Shown here piece by piece: positions 31,718-46,043 of a stretch of DNA of 64,000 bases. Below the pieces are notes generated by a model, which was not told the DNA's origin, ran no database searches, and worked only from the letters and a program-made list of their open reading frames with translations. Source of the DNA: Salpingoeca rosetta (taxonomy: Eukaryota > Protista > Choanoflagellata); NCBI GenBank assembly GCA_033442325.1, contig JAWQFM010000002.1, forward strand, positions 1,081,273-1,145,272, written 5' to 3'. The translations under genes were made by a program, and so were the position numbers. Positions within the stretch are counted from its first letter, which is position 1, and the number at the start of each line of letters is the position of its first letter.

Positions 31718-32410
31718 AGGTTTCGTTCTCGAGGTGACTTGCGTCATTTTTTGATGTTCGCTCTGCCCCTCTGCACACCTCGGCTACATTGAATTCTGCC
31801 CGGCACTGTCTCACCTCGTCCTGTCATGATGGTTTGATATGTGTGGATGGTTCTTTTTTGTGCACATGTGTGCGGGTGCGTGTGTGCAGGTTCATGGAGG
31901 GCCTGACTGCGATTGTGCCCCTGGATTGGCTGGAGCCGTTCACGTCACACGAACTCGAGCTCCTCATCAGCGGCATTTCAGAAATTGACATCCACGACTG
32001 GCGCGCACACACCGTCTACCTTGACGGCTACACCAACCGCTCACAGGTGCATGCATGCATACGTGTGCGTGCGTGTGTGCATGTGTGCATGTGTTGTTTG
32101 AGAGAGAGTGTGTGTGTGAGGGAGTGTCGGGATGATTCTTTGTTTGTGTGTTTTGTCTCCGTCAGAACACTGCGTGGAGGCAAGGTCACGCGTGATGTGG
32201 ATTGATAGTCAAGAGCGATGGTGTTGCGCTTGCGGCCTTCTTCATAGGTGTCTGCCTCTGCTCATGCACGGGTGCACTTGCGTGCCTGCATCTGATGGTT
32301 ACTTTGTCTCTGTGGGAAACAGGTGATTGGATGGTTCTGGCAGGCCATCTCCTCCCTCAACATGCAGGAGCGCGCACGCGTCTTGCAGTTCGTCACAGGT
32401 GTGTGTGTGT

Positions 32411-32468
<58 letters not shown>

Positions 32469-33208
32469 TCGAGCCTTCAGCCGTTTCCTCCTCTCTGCAC
32501 GGTGCATTTTCTTCGCTTCCACTTTGCACAACCCATAGTTCCTTCACCACGCCCTTCACATCCTCCTCGCGTGCATCCCAGGCACATCGCGCGTGCCGAT
32601 GAACGGGTTTGCTGAGCTGTACGGATCAAATGGTCTGCAGCGCTTCTGCATTGCCCGTCGGTGAGCAGTCATTCATGGTTGTCTGCGGTCTTGTTCAAGC
32701 TGTCACTGTTGCTGTGGTATTGTTGCAGTTTGTTGGGTATCATTGGATTGTTGCTGTTTGTGAGGTGTTGTTGATGTGTTCATGTCTCGCTCACACGCCC
32801 TCCTACCGTGCGCCTACGCCAACTGCTGCTGTTGTTGCCTTGTTGCCATTGTGTCATTGCATCTTCTTCGTAAAACCAGTGGCGGTCGTTCGCAACTGCC
32901 GCGTGCACACACGTGCTTCAACCGACTGGATCTCCCACAGTACCAGTCCTACGACGAAGTGAGCGCGCACGCAGTGTGTGTATGTGTGCCTCTGTGTGTA
33001 TGTGTGTGCGTGTGCGTGCGACTTCTTGCAGTTATGAGGTCTCCTCTGTGTGTGTGTGTGCTGCTGTGACATCTCCTGCTCATCGTTTCCCGTGCACCAC
33101 CTCACACCGTCACTCCACATTGTGTCGCATCACCACCTCTCGCTTCAGCTTCGGGAAAAGCTGCTGTTGGCAGTTGAGAACACGGAGGGATATGATGGCG
33201 TCGACTGA
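26706..33208 (+). CDS. NEDD4: Nedd4/Rsp5-family HECT E3 ubiquitin ligase (C2 - 3 WW - HECT)
   Basis: C2 ([48 protein letters not shown]). WW1 LPEGW..YVNH..TYRHP, WW2 [22 protein letters not shown]3 [27 protein letters not shown] with [31 protein letters not shown] and catalytic [14 protein letters not shown]. Ends [10 protein letters not shown]. Confidence 0.95.
26998..27101 (+). repeat. 18-bp imperfect tandem repeat (GTGTTCTCTCTTTCCAAC)n, ~6 copies, NEDD4 intron 2
   Basis: Directly visible; contiguous units with no spacers. Confidence 0.85.
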
Positions 33209-33224
33209 TGGCCACACCCACACA

Positions 33225-33270
<46 letters not shown>

Positions 33271-33662
33271 CACACACACACACACAAGATGTACGAGCGC
33301 AGTGCATGCTAGGGCAAACTGTACTCAGCTGCGTACATCAACCCCGATTATTATGTTTTCACTTACCGCCGACTATTTGCCATCATTGATCATGATCAGT
33401 TAGACAACAGTTCACTTGCTGTGTTGGTAACAAGAGCGCAGCAATAACACACAGGCTTGAAAGAAGTAAAGAGCCGCACGCTATTGTCAATGCCTTTCAT
33501 ACTTCGTCAGCGATAAAATAAAAATGGAAGACATACACCATACAACCCGCTTTCGAACACAAGCAGTTCATCAAGACAAGCAGCGCTGACACACACACAA
33601 ACACACACACACACACGCACACACACACACACACATACACAAAACAACACAACAGCACCAAG

Positions 33663-34309
33663 CTAAAGCGAGCCCAACAAGTCCTCGTCGAGGTCAAGCG
33701 CGCCGACGTCTACAGGGACCTGCTGCGACCATTCAAACAGCTTGTCTTCATCATCATCCTCTTCATAGTAATCATCATAACCGTCCACACTGCCAAACCC
33801 GCCACTGGCATCAAACACATCCTCATCGCCACCACCCACGTCACCACGACGTCTCGCAACCCCTGCACCATCACCAGCACCATCACCACCACTATCATCG
33901 CGCCATGTGCTGTGAGGTGCCTCCACCATGGTCAGTGCACTTTCCTCGTTTGCCGGGCGGCTGTGCGACCATCGTCGCTCGCTCCCTGTTCCTGCACGCT
34001 GCTCCTGGGCAGATGCAAGAGCACTCCGTGCAACTACTTGCTGCTGTGATGGTTGCTGCTGTAATGCGGATGGTTGCTGCTGTAATGCAGGGGTTGCAGG
34101 TTTTCCTGTCATTGTCGATGACAGTGAGGCTGCAAGCTGTGGCGTCTGCTGCGTCTGCGGAGTGCCCACACCATATGCGCGGCGCAGCTGATTCATGCGC
34201 CGCGCTCTGCCGTGTGCAGACATGCGTCCCGTCTGCGTTCCCGTGCGTGTGCGCGTGAGGGCGCGGTGTGCTGTTGCCGCCCGCAACTTCGCCAGCTGTC
34301 ACACGGCGT

Positions 34310-34359
<50 letters not shown>

Positions 34360-36530
34360 CAAGCGTGAGAGATGGGCACAACTTTCTTCTTCTGATGCCA
34401 AAGGGGGAAGATAATGCGTTCTCAACACAACCCTCTCGTCACACCACGTCAGAGTACCTGGTCATCAATCAGCACCGTCGCATTGAGCTCTTGAGTTCTG
34501 TGTTTGCATGTGTGTGTGTGTGTGTGTTCGCATGTGTGTATGTTTGCATGTGCGTGTGCGTTGAGTGAGCGCAAAAAGATGATTGCGTGATGATGGTGAC
34601 GTGAACATGTGCACACGCACGCGAGAGAAGCCGCGAGCCACCTTGAGGCAACACATGAACAGCAACAACAGCAACAGACGATACAACGTACATCATCTTC
34701 AGTTCCGTGCGGCCGCCGCTTCTGACGTGTTCGATAAAGTCGTTCACCGTACTCGATGATGTTGTCGGCTCTGCAGGTTCAACACGCATGTGGTTGAGGG
34801 AACACGTGTGATGGAGGGTGGGCATACGCACATGGGTCACACAACACACACAACACACACAACACACACAATACAACACACATGCACGACAGAGAAGGAG
34901 TATGGAACGCAATGGGCGGCCGCAGCAGCTCGCCACCGCCACCACGACCGCCAATGGCAGCAGGTGAATACCACAGTACCGATGGTGTGGAGCGGGCGCC
35001 AGTCGTTTGATCGCCCACCAGACATGGCCGACTGCTTGTCCAGCGCAGTCATCACCTGACAAAACACACACACACACACATGCGCGCGCGTGTGCACCAT
35101 CGGATAACCAACAGAAGGTGAGTTGAGGGCTGGTAAAGACGTTTACAAGTGGCCGTCTTCGTGCAGCAAGACGCCACACACGAATCACCACGCTCACACG
35201 CATTCACAGAATCCCACACATGTGCACACACACACGCACGCAGTTACGTACACCCGCACGCACATATACACAAGTGTGTGCACCTGCACGTATTCTCGCT
35301 CGTCGCTGACGTCGATGAGATCGCTCATGCCACCGGAGTTGACGTGCAGATACCAGTCCTCAATCACTTGCTCCATGTACTTTCGTGGGCCCATCATACT
35401 CCGCGCATCCTCCGCCGCCTGGCAATCGCAAAAGTACAACGGCAGCGGTTGCTGATTGTCATGAAATTGATTGTCTGGAATGGCGACGAGCTCTTCTGTG
35501 TTGCGGCAAGCCACGTTTGCAGCACTCGTATATGCACCCACGCACACGCATACACACCACACACGCACACGCACACATGCACGCACAGATTCGCGCGCAC
35601 ATCCACATGCACGTACATACATCCCGTAGATGCACATGGCCAAACAATACCCTCTCCAGGTTGCAATAATGCACACGCACCTGAGTTGATGCGCGGAAGA
35701 GCTGGCGAGCGGACATGTACTGCACCTTTGTGCCACAAGGACTCAAATATATCTGCAACCGACAGCGTGGTTGAAATGGTGGGAGGACATGAGCACATAC
35801 GCACACGGTTGACATCCTAAAAACCAGCACAGCAAACTGCTTCGCGTGTGTCAAGGGAGTTGCAGAGCCAAAGGTGGAATCAGGAACAAGCAAGAAGTCC
35901 CTCCCATACGCACGCACACACGCACAAGCCGTCGCATAGACCACCTTGAAGAAGATTTGAGGGGGGTACTGGTCACCACCAAACCGAAAGCGTATGGTTG
36001 GCGAGAGTGTGGGGTCTAGAAGAAGCTCTGCTTCCGCAGGGCACAGGGTTCGAATAAAATCCACAGCATATGCCGTTTCCTGTTGTTTCATCCACGATAC
36101 CACGAATTGTACCATGAGCAAGCAGTGTGGCGTCATCACTCTAAGCTCCGGGTGCCAATGGCCAGTTGGCTGACCGACCGACAAGGGAACAACACACAAC
36201 ATACAACAACAACACAACGACACAGAACACGGCAACACAACACGGAACAACCCAAAACACAACAACACACAAAAAGGCAACACCACGTACCGCGGCCTTA
36301 ACGGCCAGCTTGAGCCGTTGAAATAGACGGCGCCATGCCACGCGCCGTACGGCACGTGTGATGATCGTGGCCGCAACGTGCTCCACGTGCCGCTGCTGCA
36401 TCTCCTCATCATCAGCTCCACCCACCGCAGTGCGGTGGTGCTGCTGTTGTGGGAAGCGTCTGGTGAACGTCGTTGTCATCGGCGTTGTTGTTGTGCAGCC
36501 AAGTCCGGACGATTCATGGAAGATATCCAT
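33663..36530 (-). CDS. CXorf58-like uncharacterized protein (C11orf65/MFI-related N-terminal domain, IQ-like helix)
   Basis: AATIITRAVRRVAWRRLFQRLK (IQ-like), LCPAEAELLLDP..IRFRFGGDQYPPQIFFKI, AAEDARSMMGPRKYMEQVIED, GGRSNDWRPL, acidic tail DKLFEWSQ. Start codon uncertain; apparent frame break near 34990. Confidence 0.7.
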
Positions 36531-36732
36531 TAATTCTCCAACACACGACAAGACGAAGAACAACAGAACAAGCTGGCGTTGTTGGTGTTGCTGTGCTGCC
36601 TGTCCTGACCACACTCGAGTGTCTGTCTGTCCGTCTGTCCTTGTTCGTCTTCGTTTTGCTCCCATCGTTGCTTTGCTGCTGAAGTTGCGGTGTGGCATGA
36701 ATGGTACATGCTGCAGTAGCACACCACCACAA
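36531..36732. promoter_or_regulatory. Putative bidirectional promoter CXorf58-like/PH protein
   Basis: Divergent ATGs ~202 bp apart; the CXorf58-like start is uncertain. Confidence 0.5.
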
Positions 36733-38860
<2,128 letters not shown>

Positions 38861-38867
38861 ACCGTGG

Positions 38868-38870
<3 letters not shown>

Positions 38871-38948
<78 letters not shown>

Positions 38949-38992
38949 GTGGTGTGGTGTGGAGTGGTGGTGGTGGTGGTGGTGGTGGTGGT
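38871..38992 (+). repeat. (GAT)n then (GGT)n microsatellite in the 3' UTR of the PH-domain gene
   Basis: Directly visible just after the stop at 38860. Confidence 0.9.
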
Positions 38993-39632
38993 GAGCTGCG
39001 CAATGATGACTCCGAGCTGTTGCTGGTGGTGGTGGCTGCCACTGTGTTATGTTACGTTACGACTGTGGCTGGCTGGGTAGACGGCCTCATTGCTGATTGA
39101 CGTTGTGTGTGCTCTCGTTCTCGGCCTCCCCTCCCCCGGCTGTTGTTATGTTTGATACTCTGTAGACAAACATGTACGCGTGCACGCATGTGTTTGCGTA
39201 TGTTGGTGCGTGAGTGGTGATGACTGCTTTGAGGACGCCGGGGCTGCCTTCTTGTCTCCTTCCTTCCTTCTTCCTTGTGTTTCTGTCCTCGTCGATGCGA
39301 TTGTGTGCATATATGCTGGGGTGTCTTCCTACGTCTCTTTGTGTGTGTTGTCGTTGCTGCTGCTGGCTGTGCCGGCACATTGACTGCAACCAACACCAAA
39401 CCTTGTTGCTTTGTGGCTTCCTCAGCCCCTCCAACCAACCTCAATGTACATAACCGCTCCAATACACGACGGCTACAACATGGGATGACAGGCGTGGCAT
39501 GGTGTATGGCGCTGCTTGCTTGATGTGTGCTGCCACCGCTCAGAGTTGGGGTCGTTTACTCGGTTTGTTACAGCCACAGCATGCAAGCAGTGCGGTGCGT
39601 CGTGTCAGTATGAAAGGTGTGCACGCTCGAAG

Positions 39633-39885
39633 CTACGTGCGATAGAAGGCGTTGTCCATGCTGGTCTGAAACTCCTGTAGCCTCTTCCTGCCTTGCGCCA
39701 CCAGGAGCTGGATTTCCCTCTGCGACACAAGTGTCAGCAGTGAAGGTCGTGAAGATGTGAGCGACCACGCATGTTGTACGCAAGCACGCTCCCCATGTGA
39801 GTATGTGTGTGTCTGTGTGTGTGTGTGTGCGTGTGTGTGTCTGTGTGTGTGTGTGTGTGTTTGTGTGTGTGTGTGCGTGTGTGTA

Positions 39886-39963
<78 letters not shown>

Positions 39964-40685
39964 CAGGGAGTAGGTCGTGTTGCATGCGCTTCCTACAATA
40001 GGCGCAACGATAACGCGTTGCTTGCTCGTTGTTTCACACACCTCGTCTGTCTCCTTGATATGATTCTTGAACTCGGTGCGCACCCAATCACGCAGGTACT
40101 CGCGATAGTAGCTGTCATTCACCTCTGCATGAGCACCGGATATGCGTATTGCGTGTGCGTTGTGCGTGTGCGTTGTGCGTTAGGCGTTAGGCGTCGTGCA
40201 TTGGTGGAGGTAGGTGGTTGTTTCAGATAAGGCACGTGGCTATTCGGTTATTTGCAAACAGACAGAAATAGAGACAAAGAAACACAGCGAGAGAGACAGA
40301 CAGACAGAGAGACAGAGACAGAGAGAGAAACGTCGCAAGGAAGGGACGCTCTCATACACACACATAACACACACACACACGCGCGCACACATCAACACAG
40401 CATGACAACCACACAACTCACCTCGAATGGTGCGGAACATGTCACGGTACAGGACCATGACATCTCGTCGCAGCATAAACTGTGAGGGACAAGCCAAAGG
40501 GCCGTGTGACATGAGGCTTTCAGGAGGCGAATTATGGGAGGGAACAAGAAGGAGAGGTTTCACGTCCACCACAAGCAACTGCACACACACACATAAAAGC
40601 ACACACACACATAAAAGCACACACACACATAAAAGCACACACACACATAAAAGCACACACACACATAAAAGCACACACACACATA

Positions 40686-40723
<38 letters not shown>

Positions 40724-40838
40724 CACACACACACACACACACAAAAGCACACACACACACACACACAAAAGCACACACACACACACACACAAAAGCACAC
40801 ACCTGTCGCAACGATGGGATGTGGGATGGCAACACCAT
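39633..40838 (-). CDS. LYRM2: LYR-motif protein 2 (87 aa, mitochondrial)
   Basis: Exons 40838-40803, 40479-40422, 40124-40042, 39719-39633 give MVLPSHIPSLRQFMLRRDVMVLYRDMFRTIREVNDSYYREYLRDWVRTEFKNHIKETDEREIQLLVAQGRKRLQEFQTSMDNAFYRT, matching the LYRM2 pattern LxQF..LYR..DWxRxEF. Confidence 0.88.
40582..40802 (+). repeat. Compound minisatellite (CA)n-TAAAAG / (CA)n-AAAG, 18- and 24-bp units, in LYRM2 intron 1
   Basis: Directly visible. Confidence 0.9.
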
Positions 40839-40996
40839 TGTGGAAGATTGTGAATAAAATGGCCAATTTTCGCACATGACGGTGCCATCGCCTCCTCGTC
40901 TGCGTCCTCCTTCCTTCAAGTCTCATAGCCTCCCTTCCCTTCTTCCCTGCCCCCTCTCGTGATCTTCTCTTCGAACCCCCTCCTCAAACCTGAACC
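40839..40996. promoter_or_regulatory. Putative bidirectional promoter LYRM2/ILEI-domain gene
   Basis: Divergent ATGs 158 bp apart; contains TTGTGGAA-N2-TTGTGAA-N8-CCAATT. Confidence 0.6.
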
Positions 40997-41183
40997 ATGG
41001 CGCGGCTTGCTCGACGCTGTGGTGCGCTGTTTGCGGTGCTGCTGATGCTGTTGGTGGCGCTTGCCAGCAAGCATGCGCTTGTCTCCGCCGCCAGCAACAG
41101 CACGACGACCGCAATACCGACCACGACAACTACCACCACCACACCCATCGTCTGCCAAAGCGCATCTGAACAAGGTACACCGC

Positions 41184-41216
<33 letters not shown>

Positions 41217-42902
41217 CACAACACAACACAATCCTTTATTGGGCGCATGTATGTCGTGTCGCTGTGTCGTTGAGGTCGTTGAGTGCAGCTCGCCAGCCAT
41301 GTCAGTACCTCACACCGCTGTCTGTCCGTGTTTCGGCGTTGGATCTTGTGCTGTACCCTCAGCTTGTGCTCGAAAGGGAAGGATGCCATGCCGGAATGAT
41401 CCGAATGTGTGTGGCCCTTGCCTGCGAGACCATCCGTACGCTGCTCGTGGGGGCGATCCAACGCAGGACGGCAACTCCAACTGCACCTCACGTAAGCATG
41501 ATTGGCACACATACTCGTGCGCGTGCCTGCATGCACAAACACAAGCAAAGCCAAAAGCTGTGTAGCAATCTGCATCCCGTCCTTTCTGCGTTCAGCAAAC
41601 GGTTGAGCCCTGCAACGTGTATGTGTGGGGCAACGCTCGCTGCTTGCCTGTCTCACATGCGGCCCGTCCCGACTGCTGCTTCTTCCGTGCCTGCAGGCAT
41701 TGATCGGCCCAAAATCGCTACGGAGCAGGGTCACATTGTTGCAGACGCCCTGAGCGGCGACATCTTCCTGCGTTTCTTGAATGGCCAAGAACTCTCCGTG
41801 TCTTCGCTGGCAGCGCTTCACACGAACATGCAGGTACAGGCAAGAGGTGCTATCTGTCCCCTACTCGAACGTATGGCAGCTTCATACGTGTGCTCTCCTG
41901 CATGACACTCTTCTTGCATCGTTGCTCTCGCTCGCTTGTGAACATGCACCACCCCAACACCCTGTCTTGATTGCCTGTGCGTTTGCAGAACGAGCTGTCG
42001 CTGGCGCTGGATGACCTCAGGTGCGTTCTTGCGTTCTTGCGTTCTTGCATCTCCTGCGTGTGCTTGTCTCCATGTGACGTTCAAGGCCTGTTTCCTGATG
42101 CCATGTTGTTCTTAATGAATGTTTGGTGCAGGGGCGAGTTTGCCACGAAGCTGGCTGAGCTTGAGGCCCAGTACAAGGCTGAGATTCAATCTCTCAGAAT
42201 CGCCCTACAGCGCTCAAACAGGTGCCTTTGCTGTGTCGTGTGTTGTGTGTTGTGTGTGTTGTGTGTTGTGTGTTGTGTGTATGTGTATCTTGTGTGTCGT
42301 GTGTGTGTCGTGTGTACGGTTGCTTTTGTCGCCTTCGCAAGGATCGATACCTTTTCCTGGAGTTGTGGGTGTTATGTTACACAGCTTCCACACACTCACG
42401 CGCCGCAAACACCACTGCCCTTCTCTCCCACGTTAGTTCGCTGGAGTCTGAAATTGAAACACTCGACTCAAGCAAAGCAGATGTTGCGGACGTGCATCGC
42501 GTGGAGAGTAGCATCGAAAGTGTCCAAAGCAGCGTCATCAGCATTAACAGTGCGTGTAGCTTCCGACAGCTGATCTCCTCCCTCCCCCCTCACACTCGCG
42601 TGCCTGCATCTTTGTATCTCGATAGTGTTGGTTCAACCGATGTGGGTGCTTCGTACCTTCCTATCCCTTCGTGTGTTCGCTTTCCCCCTCCCACTCTCCT
42701 CCTCCACTGCACACCGCTCACCCGTTGTCACTGTTCCGTGATTAGGTGCGCTGAACAACAAGGTTGATCTTGAAGGCCAGGCCTCGCTTGAAACAGCGCT
42801 GCGCTCCGACATCTCCATCGTTGCCTCAGATGGGCAGGACACCGCAAATGCTCTTGAGTGCGTATGCACGTGTGTGCATGTGTGCGTGCATGTGCATGTG
42901 CA

Positions 42903-42993
<91 letters not shown>

Positions 42994-45175
42994 TAAAGAG
43001 GAGGGGGGTTTTTCTTCACTCGTGCTGTGCGTATTTGCCGTGTGCAAACGCACCGTTACATGGCGTGTTGCTTGTTCTTTATGCAGCGCTGATGCTCACG
43101 ATCCACGCCAACAACAAACATATGCTGCTCCGGCAGGGGTTTGTTGGAGACAGCCGCGCGGGTCACGGATGTTGAGGCATCATTCGAGGAGTTGCGAATG
43201 GACATTTCGGAAGTATCGACAGCGGAGCGTGAGTTGCTGCTCGTATACTCGAGAGGGTTCCCCTTTCGCATGTTTCGGGAACTTCTGTTCCTCCACGCTG
43301 CTTTTTGTGTTGATCATGTTCTGCGATCAATCATGACCCGTGCATTACGTCCCCTTGCTTGCAGGCAACACGGCGTCGCTCTTTGATGGACTCATCGTCA
43401 AGATTTCGGTGTGCATGTGTGTGTGTGTGTGTCTGTGTGTGTGTGTGTGTCTGTCTGTCTCTCTGTCTGTCTGTCTCTCTCTATCTGTGTGTGTGTGTGT
43501 GTGTGTGTGGAGTTGACAGGTGTGGGCGTGCGCTGTATGTGCTTGAATGACGACGACGCAAACCACGAAAGTTGGTCTCCAATGTGCTCCTCGCTCACAC
43601 GGTCTGGTGTGGCTGCTGTTGCCCGTTTTCCTCGTGCACTATTCTTTGCTTGCAGGCACAGAGCTCTGGGCTTTGCAGTGGCTCGGCGCGACGCTTGTGG
43701 ATCAACGACGAGGTGCACATTGCTGCTCCCTTCAAGCGAATCATTCACACACACGTGCACGCGCGCCATCTCGCCATACTCTGTTCCTCCCCTACTTGCA
43801 CTCACTCACACGCTCACTCACTCATACACACACACTCACTCTCTCACTTACTCACACACACTCTCACTCACTCACTCACTCACTCACTCACTCACTCACT
43901 CACTCACTCACTTACTCACACACACTCTCACTCACTCACACACATACACATATCCACACACACACATACCATCTCTCTCTCTCGCGCACGCGCGCCCACA
44001 CAGCCTTACACCTGGACGTCGTCTTGGAGCCGTGGCATCAACACCGTGGAGTTCCACCCAACGACCATGCAAGTCGTGCGTGAGCAGAACTTTGACACTT
44101 GCTGTGGATCCTCCCCAGCAACGGAAGGTGTGATGTGATCGAGGTGTTTTGCGTCTCGTGTTGCTGTCGACTTGTGCTTTTTCCCTCGTGTTCAACCTGT
44201 ATTTGTCGCGTTGGCGTGGTACATGCTTTCCACGCATGCTTTCCACGCGCTCATGCGTTGTCCTGCTTTTTCACACCAAAATGGCGCAGCTGATCGCCTC
44301 ACACAGTACATCAACGGCCTGGCGGAGGGCGTGCCAGTCGTGTTTGTGATCCACGATGAAGGTAAGCCCGAGAGTGGGGGACCTGTTGCTCCTGGTGTTA
44401 CACAATGGACGTTGTGGTTGGATAGTAGAAGCTTCGGTCTCTGTCGTAGTGTCATGTCGCTTGATGACATACCCTCACGCCCTAGCTCACGCGATGGGGT
44501 GGCATTCTTGCCTTTGTAATGCCATTTTGCCGTGCCTGCAGGTATCAGCGCTGCCGATGACGAGCTGAAGTCAGCCATCGAGAGCATGGGCAGCCGGTAC
44601 ATCCGTACCATCACCTACAGAGGTGCGCTTTGCTTGTATGCCTTTGAGGGACAGGCAAGCTGCAAGGGCTGATCAGGATGTATTTGGTTGTGCATGCTCG
44701 ACACTGCCTGCACACATGGCTGTGCATGCGTACCTGCCTATTCACACACGCACACATGCACACACGCGCACGCCGCACATGCATCTGCCTTGAAGAGTCG
44801 TGGGCCATGATTGGAATCAAGGGGGCGTTTCCCGGCACTGTTCCGGAGGCGTACGGCTCCAAAGTGGACGACCCCGGATGCACACGTGATCCACCTGTCC
44901 AGGACGAAACAGCAATCATTTCGCAGTTGTTCTTTGCTGGCAAGCTCGCTCCTTTCAACCAAGAGCTTGCACGTCGCTCGTACGCCAATGTATGTGTGTG
45001 TGTGTGTGTCCCTTTTGGGCATGGACGCGTGCTACTGGGATTGACTGTCATTGCTCATCTGTCGTGCATTTCGTTGTGCCCACTCTGCTCGCGCGTCCGT
45101 CATGCTCGCACTTTCGTGTTCCGGCTGTGCTGAACACACTTGCACTCACGCATGCAATCGCACCCACCCACCCAC

Positions 45176-45253
<78 letters not shown>

Positions 45254-45969
45254 GGATGCAACAACCGTTCTTCACACACGCACAACAAATGCGCGCACAC
45301 TCGCACACACACACACAATTACACACACGCGCTTGCATGGTGCTCGCGCTCGCGTGCCGCCAGGGCCTGGAACGCTTCCGCAAGCGTTCGTCGTCGACGT
45401 GGGATGCGATGGTGTGGGGCGGGTACATCAGCGGAGACGTGGCGGGTATTGCTGAGCTTGGGACTATTCCAAGGACCTCCAATTACCAGCGATACATTGA
45501 CATCAAAGGTATGAAGGCACGGGGTTTGTGTTTTCGTGTTTCCGGACTTGGGCACCGTGATGGCCCACTTATCTCTCGTGTGCTCTGCTTGGTTCCTCTC
45601 CACACGGGATGTGTGCGTGTCAGGTATTATTGATGTGTGAGCATTTCTTCCAGAGTGTCACGCTCCTCCTCGTGCTTGCCTGCAGTGTACGGCTCCCATC
45701 GCGGCTACAACGTCAACAGCTACTTCGAGTTCAAGCACTATGTCATCATGTGCGGCGACAAGTGCTCTGCCGCCCTCATTGACGCAGCAGGTCTCTGCAA
45801 CAAAACCTGTTTTCTTTTTGTTGTCGTTCCTCGACATTGGGCGGGATGGGGAAGGGCGATTGACACACGATGTTCCGCAGGCCTTTGGTGTTCTTTGCAT
45901 TGTTCACACGCGGTACATGCAACACGCGCTCACGCACAAACACACGCGTCCACGCATGCTTGCGATTGC

Positions 45970-46043
<74 letters not shown>

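Noticed and set aside
40513-40579. Alternative LYRM2 start at 40512, or a longer exon 2
   Set aside because: The 40803/40479 junction yields SLRQ-FMLRR, which fits the family pattern better.
40582-40802. Regularly spaced repeats resembling a CRISPR array (also 6551-6660, 26998-27101)
   Set aside because: No unique spacers, intronic, eukaryotic context, no cas genes; these are minisatellites.
40827-40833. RFX half-site (TGGCAAC)
   Set aside because: Lies inside LYRM2 coding exon 1; a 7-mer expected by chance.
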